The notes beneath the pieces are model-generated. The model saw only the letters and a list, made by a program, of their open reading frames with translations, did no database searches and was not told where the DNA came from. Positions 1-7,696 of a stretch of DNA of 64,000 bases are shown here, piece after piece (position 1 is the first letter of the stretch; the number at the start of each line of letters is the position of its first letter). The stretch is from Candidatus Dormiibacterota bacterium (GTDB lineage: Bacteria; Chloroflexota; Dormibacteria; Aeolococcales; Aeolococcaceae). The stretch covers positions 1,504,001 to 1,568,000 of the forward strand of contig OY970355.1 in assembly GCA_963718525.1 (NCBI GenBank), in the 5' to 3' direction. The position numbers and the translations under genes were made by a program.

Positions 1-360
1 GTGTACTACCTCGGCGACCACGACCCCAGCGGCCGCGACATCGACCGAAACATCGAGCGCCGGTTGCGAGAGTTCGCGCCCGACACGCGTCTTCGATTCG
101 AGCGCATCGCGGTCACCGAAGAGCAGATCACGGAATGGAACCTACCGGGAAGGCCAACCAAGTTCACGGACTCGCGCTCGCGCTCGTGGGTGGGCGACAG
201 CGTGGAGTTGGATGCCATCCCACCGGACAGACTGCGCGACCTGGTGCGCCAACGCATCGACTCGCATGTCAACCCGTACACGCTCGAGCGCATCCACGCA
301 GCCGAAGCGGTAGAGCGCGAGTCCATTCGCGCCTTCGCCCGCCAGGTGTTGTCGGCATGA
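1..360 (+). CDS. TOPRIM-domain (Topo VI-A-like) protein, 5'-truncated by the window edge
   Basis: YLGDHDPSG (DxD) motif and C-terminal ELDAIPP motif; stop overlaps next start (ATGA). Confidence 0.7.
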   Translation: MYYLGDHDPSGRDIDRNIERRLREFAPDTRLRFERIAVTEEQITEWNLPGRPTKFTDSRSRSWVGDSVELDAIPPDRLRDLVRQRIDSHVNPYTLERIHAAEAVERESIRAFARQVLSA

Positions 361-1559
361 GCGGGGAACCGGATGCGGACATCTTCGATACAGCTGAGGC
401 CACCCCGCGCGTCTACACCATCGCGGAGGCGCGGTTGCGCACCGAGGAATCCATCGAGTACCTGCCCCTACTCGGCGTTGACGGGTACATCTCGAAGGGG
501 TGGACGCACCTGCTCGCCGGCTGGTGGCAACTCGGCAAGACGGAGATGATGGCCGCGGTCATCCTGCCCTGGCTGCGGCTCGGGCTGCGCGTCCTCTGGA
601 TCACCGAAGAGCCGGACTCGGTATGGGCCGACCGCGCCGATATGTTCGACGAGATCTACGACCCCGTGCGGTGGGAGAACCTCACCCTGGTGGACGCCCT
701 GAGCGCTCCTCCGACCGCGCTGCTCGAACTGACTGCGAGTCGTGAGGCCGACGTCGTGATCGCCGACACGATCTCCGAGGTCTGCGGGATCGCATCCCTG
801 AAGGACGACGACGCGGTGCAGAAGGCGGTCAGCCCGTGGATACGCCGGCTCCGGGACGGACACCGAACGCTGATCTTCATCTGCCAGCATCGGAAGGCAC
901 CAGGCGAACACGGAGAGCGCGTCCTCGGGAGCGTGATCCTGGCCGCGAAGATGGACGCCGTCCTCGAGCTCGAAGCGGTCGATGGTTACGAGCGCCGGCG
1001 CCGATTGACGACACGCCGTCGCCGCAGGGCAACCCCGGCGCTCGTCTACGAGATGGACGAGGACGACCGCATCGTGGTCATCCCCGACGCGCGCACGCGC
1101 AGCCGCAGCGAGGCGGAGGCAGCCGTCCTGACCATCGTCAACGCTAACGACGGCCCCCTCACCACGTCGGAGGTGCGACGTCTGATGACACCCAGGCCGT
1201 CGAGCGACACGGTGCTCCAAGTCCTGACGGCCATCGCCAAGTCCGGCGCCATCCTGCGCGATCCCCCAATCGTGGAGAACGTCGAGCGCCGCACCGTCAA
1301 GTGGCAGCGCGTAGATTCTGCCGCGGGCGAATCTGCCGCAGCATCTCTACTCTCTATCGATCGAATACGAGCGGCAGAAAGTGTTGCGGCAGATTTCGCC
1401 GCGAACACACCATCTGCGCCGCACTCGAACGGCACGGCGCACAAGGACGCGCGGTGCCCAAACTGCGGAGCCTACGGCTGGCTGAAGCCCGTCCCTGGTG
1501 GACTGCGCTGCAAGCCATGCGGTGTGCTGTCGCCCACTGAAGCCCTGGTGACGCTGTGA
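357..1559 (+). CDS. RecA/AAA_25-like ATPase (replicative helicase/RepA-like) with C-terminal Zn ribbon
   Basis: Walker A-like GWWQLGKT, Walker B VVIADT, QHRK and LGS motifs; C-terminal CPNC...CKPC; ATG 357 overlaps upstream stop. Confidence 0.75.
   Translation: MSGEPDADIFDTAEATPRVYTIAEARLRTEESIEYLPLLGVDGYISKGWTHLLAGWWQLGKTEMMAAVILPWLRLGLRVLWITEEPDSVWADRADMFDEIYDPVRWENLTLVDALSAPPTALLELTASREADVVIADTISEVCGIASLKDDDAVQKAVSPWIRRLRDGHRTLIFICQHRKAPGEHGERVLGSVILAAKMDAVLELEAVDGYERRRRLTTRRRRRATPALVYEMDEDDRIVVIPDARTRSRSEAEAAVLTIVNANDGPLTTSEVRRLMTPRPSSDTVLQVLTAIAKSGAILRDPPIVENVERRTVKWQRVDSAAGESAAASLLSIDRIRAAESVAADFAANTPSAPHSNGTAHKDARCPNCGAYGWLKPVPGGLRCKPCGVLSPTEALVTL
1316..1403. repeat. Iteron-like direct and inverted repeats, candidate replication origin
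   Basis: TCTGCCGC at 1317 and 1332; GCGGCAGA at 1371 and 1386; perfect 11-bp inverted pair 1330-1340/1385-1395 around a lower-GC core containing TCGATCGA. Confidence 0.6.
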
Positions 1560-1861
1560 CGCGGCGCCGGCCCCTATGGGGCGCGATGCTCAGCGCAGCA
1601 CCCCATGAACCCTCCGAGCCGATGGAACCCGCCGGGCCAGTGTCTTCGGTTGGTCGCCCAACCAACACGCGCCCGGCATGGCTACTGTCAGGTGTCCGCG
1701 AGCTGGGTCTGTGCCGTCTGATCGTCAATCAGACGCTCTGTGCTACGCAGGTGCGCGAAGATGGGCTGATGGTGCATCAAGACGTAAGGCGGTGCTCTAC
1801 ACCGCTTGATCCACAGCGGCCGCAGCCTTTGACTCCAACCCTGCTGGAGGCCGCGTTGTGA
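1556..1861 (+). CDS. Hypothetical protein
   Basis: GTGA-coupled on both sides within the element operon. Confidence 0.5.
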   Translation: MTRRRPLWGAMLSAAPHEPSEPMEPAGPVSSVGRPTNTRPAWLLSGVRELGLCRLIVNQTLCATQVREDGLMVHQDVRRCSTPLDPQRPQPLTPTLLEAAL

Positions 1862-2391
1862 CCGCTGTCCACGTGCTACCCACGGGCAGCAGTCTCGACA
1901 CCCGGCAGCAATGGCACTTCACCATCCCTGACGCCCCGGTCGCCTCCGGTCGACCTCGGGTTGCGGTGCGTGGTGGACGTCCGCACGGCTACATGCCGGC
2001 GAAGACGGCCCAGGCCGCCTGGCGCATCCGTGAGCACGTGGCTGCCGAGCTCGGTCCGGCATGGACTCCGCTCGGTGGTCCGATCGCTCTCGCTGTGGTG
2101 GTCTACGTACCGATGCCCGCGAGCATCCCGAAGCGGGAGCGCGCGACTGCAAGGCCAGAGCGCCGTCCTGACCTCGACAACTACGTCAAGACCGCCATGG
2201 ACGGGTTGTCACCGCTCTGGCTGGACGACGCGCAGGTAGTCGAACTCCACGCGGAGAAACGCTTTGCTGTCGATCAACCGCCGCGCTGGGAGATCGCGAT
2301 CGAAGCACTCACACAGCCCTCTTCGGGGGCGTCGGTAAGCGGTGCCGGCGTCCCCTTACCACCACACAAGGAGAACCATGGGAGACCCTGA
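1858..2391 (+). CDS. rusA: RusA family Holliday junction resolvase
   Basis: RPDLDNYVKTAMDGL...WLDDAQVVELHAEKRF signature. Confidence 0.9.
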   Translation: MTAVHVLPTGSSLDTRQQWHFTIPDAPVASGRPRVAVRGGRPHGYMPAKTAQAAWRIREHVAAELGPAWTPLGGPIALAVVVYVPMPASIPKRERATARPERRPDLDNYVKTAMDGLSPLWLDDAQVVELHAEKRFAVDQPPRWEIAIEALTQPSSGASVSGAGVPLPPHKENHGRP

Positions 2392-3826
2392 AGATCAGCT
2401 CCGCGCCGGTGAACTGCTCTGGGTATTGACCCGCGCGGGTATCCATCTGCAGGGCGTGCCCTTCTCCGTCGTCATCGAGATCGGCAACCTTCTCGCCGAT
2501 GGCATCGCCAAAGGACTAGCCACCCAGACGATAGCGGAGCAGATCGCCCCGCTACTGGACGGCGACATCAAGCGCGCGCTGCTGATCGTTCGCACTGAGC
2601 GGGCTCGCGCCGTGAGCGGCGCCGAGTGGGAGAACGCGAAGGACGCCGGAGACTACGACAAGGAGTGGATGGACGATGCGACCGCCTGTCCAATCTGCCG
2701 AGCCAACGCTGCTCAGGGAGCCATCCCGATCACGCGCCCTTTCCAGGGAGGCGCTCTCTATCCACCCCAGCATCCTAACTGCCGCTGCGCGCTGCAACCC
2801 GTCGCCCATCAGGCGACCACGGAGAAAACACTGATGCCCAACGACGTTGTATATGCCGTCATCGGCGAGCTCACGAAGAGTCGCGTTGATGACGACGGAG
2901 TGCTCACATTTGAAGCCAGCAAGGCCACCGGCCCGGACCTCGACGGCGACGGACAACGGGTCTCGATGGCATGGGCGATTCCTGCCATGCGGGAATGGTT
3001 TGCCACCGGTGGAAACTTGCGTGAGCAGCACGATCCCAAACGCGCGATCGGGAGAGCGCTGAGCCTCGAAGAGCGTCCTGACGGGGTGTACATCTCCGGT
3101 CGTGTGGTCGATCCGGTGACGATCGCGAAGGTCAACGAGGGCTTGCTGCCGTATCTCTCGATTGGCGTCAAGGGGCACCAGCTCGATTACACGCAGAAAG
3201 CGCTCGCCCCCGGCGGCCTCATTACCGGTGGCCGGATCGTCGAGTGCTCGCTCGTGGACCGCGGCTCGAATCCCACCGCCAAGCTCGTGCTTGCCAAGGC
3301 GGAGGGCCCGGACGACCACCTGGCAGTAGGCGGCGAGCTCGTGAAGTTCCACGTCGAGCCCGACCTCTTGAAGATGGATTTTCTCGATGACGACAGTCCG
3401 TTGTGCGCGCTCACCAAGGCGATACAAGCCGATCCGGTTTTCGCGGCTGACTATCGCCGCCGCATGCTCGAGCCGACCCCACTCGAGAAAAGTGTGGGCG
3501 CGATGGAGCAAGACATCGCCAAGGTCCTGGCGTATGTCGAGCCCCGGGCGCACTTCCGCTCACGCAACGGCAGCAACGGCCATCGAGTCCTCGTCGCACC
3601 GCCGCAACCGCAGTCTTCAGAGGTCGCGGTGTCCGCGCACCGCTACTCGTATGACGAACCCGAGAGCCCGCAGACGCGCGAGCTGCGCAAGGCTGTCGAC
3701 GCTGATCCGCGGCGTGACGCGCGAGTCGCAAACATCAGGCGTCTGTTGGGGATCACCGAGGCTCAGGAGCGCGCCAGGACTCAGGCGCTCGAGAACTCGA
3801 ATCGCCTCCCTGAAATCCGACATTAG
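2378..3826 (+). CDS. Phage MuF (minor head) domain fused to HK97-type prohead protease
   Basis: AAGGAG RBS before ATG 2378; MuF motif CPIC...PPQHPNCRC; protease-like DLDGD...LREQH...YLSIG...IVECSLVDRGSNP. Confidence 0.8.
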   Translation: MGDPEDQLRAGELLWVLTRAGIHLQGVPFSVVIEIGNLLADGIAKGLATQTIAEQIAPLLDGDIKRALLIVRTERARAVSGAEWENAKDAGDYDKEWMDDATACPICRANAAQGAIPITRPFQGGALYPPQHPNCRCALQPVAHQATTEKTLMPNDVVYAVIGELTKSRVDDDGVLTFEASKATGPDLDGDGQRVSMAWAIPAMREWFATGGNLREQHDPKRAIGRALSLEERPDGVYISGRVVDPVTIAKVNEGLLPYLSIGVKGHQLDYTQKALAPGGLITGGRIVECSLVDRGSNPTAKLVLAKAEGPDDHLAVGGELVKFHVEPDLLKMDFLDDDSPLCALTKAIQADPVFAADYRRRMLEPTPLEKSVGAMEQDIAKVLAYVEPRAHFRSRNGSNGHRVLVAPPQPQSSEVAVSAHRYSYDEPESPQTRELRKAVDADPRRDARVANIRRLLGITEAQERARTQALENSNRLPEIRH

Positions 3827-3901
3827 CAAGGCGCTGATGATCGGCTCAACCGTGCCGCAACCCAACCACCGTCAAGACCACAACTAACAGGAGTTTCGGA
3901 A

Positions 3902-4207
3902 ATGTCTTTCGCCGGTTCCCTTTTCCAGTTTTTCAGCGGTCGCGCCACGCCGCGTCCGTTCAGCCCTCCACCGGACGTGGAGAATCGCCAGGCAGCGCCA
4001 TCGCCTGGCATGCGAATCGAGCCAACTAGCGGGAGTTTCCCGTCTGGCACGCCGCGTTTCGCACCGCCAGAGCCGGCGTCGAATGCGCTGCCGCGAAACA
4101 TGTTCGGCGATCAGATTCCCAACGCTGCTCCGAGTCAGCTGCGGGACGTGAACCCCGATTCCACCAGCGCCCGCGGTGTGCGGGTATATCGCCAAGGAGA
4201 AAGGTGA
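3902..4207 (+). CDS. Pro-rich hypothetical protein
   Basis: AGGAG RBS upstream; coupled to next ORF. Confidence 0.6.
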   Translation: MSFAGSLFQFFSGRATPRPFSPPPDVENRQAAPSPGMRIEPTSGSFPSGTPRFAPPEPASNALPRNMFGDQIPNAAPSQLRDVNPDSTSARGVRVYRQGER

Positions 4208-4581
4208 TGCCCATTTTCAAGACCCGCAATCCAAGCCAGGACGCGCACGAGGCCCTCTCGCGCAACGCGCCGCCGGTACCGCCAAATCCCTTCGCCGAGC
4301 AATCTCGCGGCAACACGCTGGCCCCGGAGATGGTCGACGTACGCCTCGATCAACAGCGCAGGGCAGAGGCACAGGCGCAACAGGCGCAGCCGTCGCGGAC
4401 GCTGGCGGACGATGCCATCGCGCAGCTCGCGATTCTCCTCGCCGCTGTCGAGGATCAACGCGAGGGCCGGCCGCTGTCTCCCGCTGCGACCCAGGCGCTG
4501 GGGGATCTCTCGCGCATCCTCATGGTGGCGCAGGCTCGTGGCGTCGGGCTGAGCTCGTCCTGGCCGACGGGCACCGCGTGA
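4207..4581 (+). CDS. Hypothetical protein (Pro-rich N-terminus, helical C-terminus)
   Basis: AAGGAGAAAGG RBS; start overlaps upstream stop. Confidence 0.6.
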   Translation: MPIFKTRNPSQDAHEALSRNAPPVPPNPFAEQSRGNTLAPEMVDVRLDQQRRAEAQAQQAQPSRTLADDAIAQLAILLAAVEDQREGRPLSPAATQALGDLSRILMVAQARGVGLSSSWPTGTA

Positions 4582-4796
4582 GTAGCGCCGCCAGCGACGT
4601 TTGGTTCGGCCGTTCTGTGGGCGTGGATCACCGGGTGATCTTGGATCGACAGGGCTGGCGGTGCCTGTCGTGTGGCGACTCGCTCAGCGATGAGAGCTCG
4701 TTGGTGTCGCTGTCGGTGCCTGACGGCCTCGCCATCGTGTGTGCGCCGTGCGGCTCGCGGCTCAATCGTCTTCTGCGCCAGAGCCAGCGGTTCTGA
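4578..4796 (+). CDS. Degenerate HNH-endonuclease-like Zn-binding protein
   Basis: GTGA overlap; ILDRQGWRCLSCG...VCAPC Zn ligands kept, but the DH(I/V)xP catalytic segment reads VSLSVP. Confidence 0.6.
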   Translation: MSSAASDVWFGRSVGVDHRVILDRQGWRCLSCGDSLSDESSLVSLSVPDGLAIVCAPCGSRLNRLLRQSQRF

Positions 4797-4882
4797 TGGA
4801 GGTGGGCGCTGTGGGCGTTTTCAAGGCAATGAGGCGTCCCAGCGTCCTCTTCCGTCGGCTGCTTCCTCCGGCGGTTGTCGGG

Positions 4883-4927
4883 GGCGGCGTGCGGGGTTAT
4901 TTCCTTTCCCCGCCGCCGCCTTTCCCT
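4883..4927 (+). other. GC-rich inverted repeat between HNH-like and TerS-like genes (candidate packaging site or terminator)
   Basis: GGCGGCGtGCGGGG-TTATTTCCTTT-CCCCGCCGCCGCC followed by TTTCCCT. Confidence 0.4.
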
Positions 4928-4990
4928 CACGAGTACAAACACACCGGGTCGCTCCGTCGCGGGCGTCCTGGGCGTTCCTAGGGGCATGTA

Positions 4991-5830
4991 ATGGCATCTG
5001 AAAAGCAACCCGCTCGCCGTTATGGCGTGGTGCTGGCCTCTGCGCCGCAACGGTGCGGCGCGAAGACACGCGCCGAGGACGCGCACCCGTGTAAGAACTA
5101 CGCGATCGAGGGGTCGACGCGTTGCAAATTCCACGGGTCGGCGAGTCCGCAGGCAAAGCGCAAGGCGCGCGAGCGCATCGCTGAGGAAAGAGCTGCTGCA
5201 GTGCTGCGCACGCAACCCGCGGAGCCCGTGACGGATGCGGTGGCAGCGTTGCGCCGCCTGTGTGCCGAGGTGCTACGCAATGCCGACGCCCAGCTTGAGG
5301 CCGGCCAGACGACAGGCTCGACTACCGGTGAGTGGATCGACAGGGCATCGCGCTTGCTCGTGGAGCTGGCACGAATCGACGGCGCCTACACAAATCGGAG
5401 CGAGGTGCAACTCGAGTTCACCCAAGACCTCGATCTAGATCGGCAGCTCGAGGAGATCTTTGGGAACATGATCGCCAAGCCGAGCACCCTGGCGCGGCTC
5501 AATTCGATCTATGACGCGATGGACGCTCAAGCGGATGGCCAGGACGTTGACGAGGCCGTGTTGGCCGGCGATGAGAAGCGGCGCAAGATCCCCGCGTCCC
5601 TGCTGAAGAACTCCTTCACCGGCACGAGTCTTGATGACGTGCCCGGGGTTGCGGTCGAGGCGTACGTCATCGAGGAGCGCGTGGATGCGCTGCCGGTCAT
5701 GGGATTGGGCACGCCTCCCCCGGTGGATCAGATCGTCGAGGTGACGGACGAGCCCGAGCCGAACGTCGTCAGGATTGGCCGGCTCCCGTCGGCCTTCGGC
5801 AGCCGGCGCCCGCACACGCCCGCGTCGTAA
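4991..5830 (+). CDS. HGGxSTG-like Zn-finger protein, putative terminase small subunit
   Basis: RCGAKTR...PCKN...RCKFHGSASPQ N-terminus, helical body, position after HNH-like gene. Confidence 0.6.
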   Translation: MASEKQPARRYGVVLASAPQRCGAKTRAEDAHPCKNYAIEGSTRCKFHGSASPQAKRKARERIAEERAAAVLRTQPAEPVTDAVAALRRLCAEVLRNADAQLEAGQTTGSTTGEWIDRASRLLVELARIDGAYTNRSEVQLEFTQDLDLDRQLEEIFGNMIAKPSTLARLNSIYDAMDAQADGQDVDEAVLAGDEKRRKIPASLLKNSFTGTSLDDVPGVAVEAYVIEERVDALPVMGLGTPPPVDQIVEVTDEPEPNVVRIGRLPSAFGSRRPHTPAS

Positions 5831-5931
5831 CTGCCCGCGTCGACGGAAACAGAGAAGACGAAGGAGGAGGACCGCCACGTACCGCACCTGTTGACGTGAC
5901 GGCCCTCCGGAAGAGGGGGTGTGTTGGGTTG

Positions 5932-6465
5932 CTAGCTGACGTTGAACACGAAACTCGGAGTCGCGCCCTGGCAGACGGACTGATCCGTGCTCGGCAAGTT
6001 GTTGAACGTGACCACGAGGTTCGGCGTGTCCCCACCGCTCCCTGGGCTGAACGAGGTATTCCAGGCCACATCCGGCATGGTGTACGTGCCGGCGAGCGCG
6101 CCGCTGTTGACACTGCTGTTGCAGTTCGGCGAGTCCGACTGCCAACTCGCCAGGGTGACCTTGTGCAGGGTGACGCTCTCCGAGCTCGACGGGTTGCTGA
6201 CGCTGAGCGCGAACGTCTGCGTGTCGGTGAAGTTCCACGCTGCGTCCGACCCGCCGCCGGCCTTGGTCACGGATCCGCTGCTCGCCACCGAGACGGTGAG
6301 ATTTACCGGAGCGGCTGTGGCGACGGCGGTGCCGGACGGTGCCGTGGTCGCGCCGGTCCCGACCGCGACCATGTAGGCGAGGACCCCGGCCGTGCTGCCG
6401 AGGACGGCTGCCACTGCGATGAAGGCGCCGAGCCGTTTCTTGGTCACGAGAACGCGGTGATGCAT
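5932..6465 (-). CDS. Exported beta-rich protein, TasA/SipW-substrate-like
   Basis: KKR plus hydrophobic signal ending LAY, Ser/Thr-rich body, Cys pair with C-terminal DQSVCQGAT. Confidence 0.6.
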   Translation of the reverse strand: MHHRVLVTKKRLGAFIAVAAVLGSTAGVLAYMVAVGTGATTAPSGTAVATAAPVNLTVSVASSGSVTKAGGGSDAAWNFTDTQTFALSVSNPSSSESVTLHKVTLASWQSDSPNCNSSVNSGALAGTYTMPDVAWNTSFSPGSGGDTPNLVVTFNNLPSTDQSVCQGATPSFVFNVS

Positions 6466-6478
6466 CGATGTTTCCCCT

Positions 6479-6601
6479 TTACAGATGAGCGATGAGGAGG
6501 CCGACCCCGGCCGCCACGATGAGGACGACGAGGAGGATCGACAGCGGGATCCACCAGGGAACGAAGCACCCCTCCGTGGGCGGCGGCGCAGTGGATTCCA
6601 T
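6479..6601 (-). CDS. 40-aa single-pass membrane peptide
   Basis: MESTAPPPTEGCFVPWWIPLSILLVVLIVAAGVGLLIAHL; AGGGGGAAGG RBS. Confidence 0.55.
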   Translation of the reverse strand: MESTAPPPTEGCFVPWWIPLSILLVVLIVAAGVGLLIAHL

Positions 6602-6669
6602 GTGTGCCTTCCCCCTTTGTTTGTCGAATTGACGAGACCCCTCTCGGAGCGCCCGAGTTGGTGCCGGTG

Positions 6670-6867
6670 TCAGCGCATAGGCACTGCCCTCCCGATGCAG
6701 GGATGCCTGCCCGCCGTCTCCAGGGGCTGCCAGCAAGCCGCGCAGACCCATCGCGGGGTGAGCAGCGGATAGATCGCCCACGCATGGCTGTCGAAGTTGG
6801 TGAGCGTCGTCGCGGCGAGTCGCTCCGCCGCCATGCGCACGCCGTGGGGTTGGATCAGCTGACCCAT
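6670..6867 (-). CDS. 65-aa possible Zn-binding protein
   Basis: H...CAAC...C pattern; GAGGGG RBS; overlaps the upstream peptide gene. Confidence 0.45.
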   Translation of the reverse strand: MGQLIQPHGVRMAAERLAATTLTNFDSHAWAIYPLLTPRWVCAACWQPLETAGRHPCIGRAVPMR

Positions 6868-6971
6868 AGCCCCTCGAGGAAGAGCCCGAAGAACACGAGC
6901 ACGATCACCAGGAGCGAGACCCACTCCGGGGCGTCCTCGTCAAAGCGCTCGCCGCCGATCCAATTTGCCAT
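6855..6971 (-). CDS. 38-aa membrane peptide (absent from ORF track)
   Basis: MANWIGGERFDEDAPEWVSLLVIVLVFFGLFLEGLWVS; GAGGAG RBS 6 nt upstream. Confidence 0.6.
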   Translation of the reverse strand: MANWIGGERFDEDAPEWVSLLVIVLVFFGLFLEGLWVS

Positions 6972-7027
6972 CCCGATCTCCTCAAACCCCGACACCTCAT
7001 TGGTTCGCGGAGTATGCGCCTAAAAGA

Positions 7028-7052
7028 TTGCTTTAAGTACGCCTTAAGGCAA
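7028..7052. promoter_or_regulatory. Operator-like inverted repeat in divergent promoter
   Basis: TTGCTTTAAG-TACGC-CTTAAGGCAA (9/10 match), AT-rich, between the peptide cassette and the XRE gene. Confidence 0.55.
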
Positions 7053-7095
7053 GTACGTTTTCCACACCGCGGCCGAGGTGCCGTACATTCGCCAG

Positions 7096-7278
7096 GTGGC
7101 GACCCTCCGTGAACTGCGCCTAGCGGCAGAGATGACCCAGCGCGAGGTTGCCGAGGCGGTGGGCGTCTCTCAGGTACAGGTGTCCCGATGGGAGGCGGAG
7201 GGAGGACCAAAGCCGCAACCCGGCAACCGCCGGCGCCTGGCGCGTCTGTTCAAAGTCGCGAAGATTGACTGGAGTTAA
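7096..7278 (+). CDS. XRE/Cro-like HTH regulator
   Basis: LRELRLAAEMTQREVAEAVGVSQVQVSRWE; TACATT -10-like box 6 nt before GTG 7096. Confidence 0.9.
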   Translation: MATLRELRLAAEMTQREVAEAVGVSQVQVSRWEAEGGPKPQPGNRRRLARLFKVAKIDWS

Positions 7279-7282
7279 GCTG

Positions 7283-7498
7283 TCACGGGCTCACGGCGCG
7301 CTGCACCGCGTCATCGTCGAGCACCTCGTGGGCGATGATCTGGCGCCACGACCAGCGGGTAAGAACCGGGGAAGCCTCACAGACCCGCTTGAAGCGCTCA
7401 GGGTTGCGACGTTTGGCTGCCGCCAGGAAGCGTGCCACCGCCGCCTCGTGGGCACTGTGGGCAGCCTGGGCGGCGGTGATCTCTTGGACCCCGAGCAC
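7283..7498 (-). CDS. Hypothetical protein
   Basis: Short ORF filling the gap before att; no motif. Confidence 0.35.
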   Translation of the reverse strand: MLGVQEITAAQAAHSAHEAAVARFLAAAKRRNPERFKRVCEASPVLTRWSWRQIIAHEVLDDDAVQRAVSP

Positions 7499-7609
7499 GT
7501 CAGGATTCTAGCTTGATTAAGCGTGGTCGGATCAGTGGGGATACAGTCCACAGCTCCGAAGATCAGACGGTCATCCTGAATTGAGAGCTAGTCGCATGGG
7601 CAGGCATGA

Positions 7610-7657
7610 TGACTACGGATCAGAAGGTCGGGGGTTCAAATCCTCCTGGGCGCGCCA
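7610..7657 (+). tRNA. 3' half of tRNA-Arg(ACG): attR-like core, not a complete tRNA
   Basis: TGACTACGGATCA anticodon arm, GGGGGTTCAAATCCTCC T-arm, TGGGCGC-G-CCA end; no D-arm or 5' acceptor strand upstream. Confidence 0.9.
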
Positions 7658-7696
7658 GAACCGCCCGGGAGCCTAAGCTGGCTTGATGACAGTTCG

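Larger units (their letters stand above)
1..7657. mobile_element. Right arm of an integrated phage-related element (satellite-like or defective prophage) inserted at tRNA-Arg(ACG)
   Basis: Phage-type replication, RusA, head-maturation, HNH-like, TerS-like and XRE genes, ending in a 3' tRNA fragment; host-type genes resume at 7697; left end lies outside the window. Confidence 0.85.

Noticed and set aside
135-356. N-terminal extension of the 474-aa ORF
   Set aside because: Overlaps the TOPRIM gene out of frame; ATG 357 in an ATGA overlap is the better start
7585-7657. Complete tRNA-Arg gene
   Set aside because: No 5' acceptor strand (GCGCCC...) or D-arm upstream of 7610; only the 3' half is present
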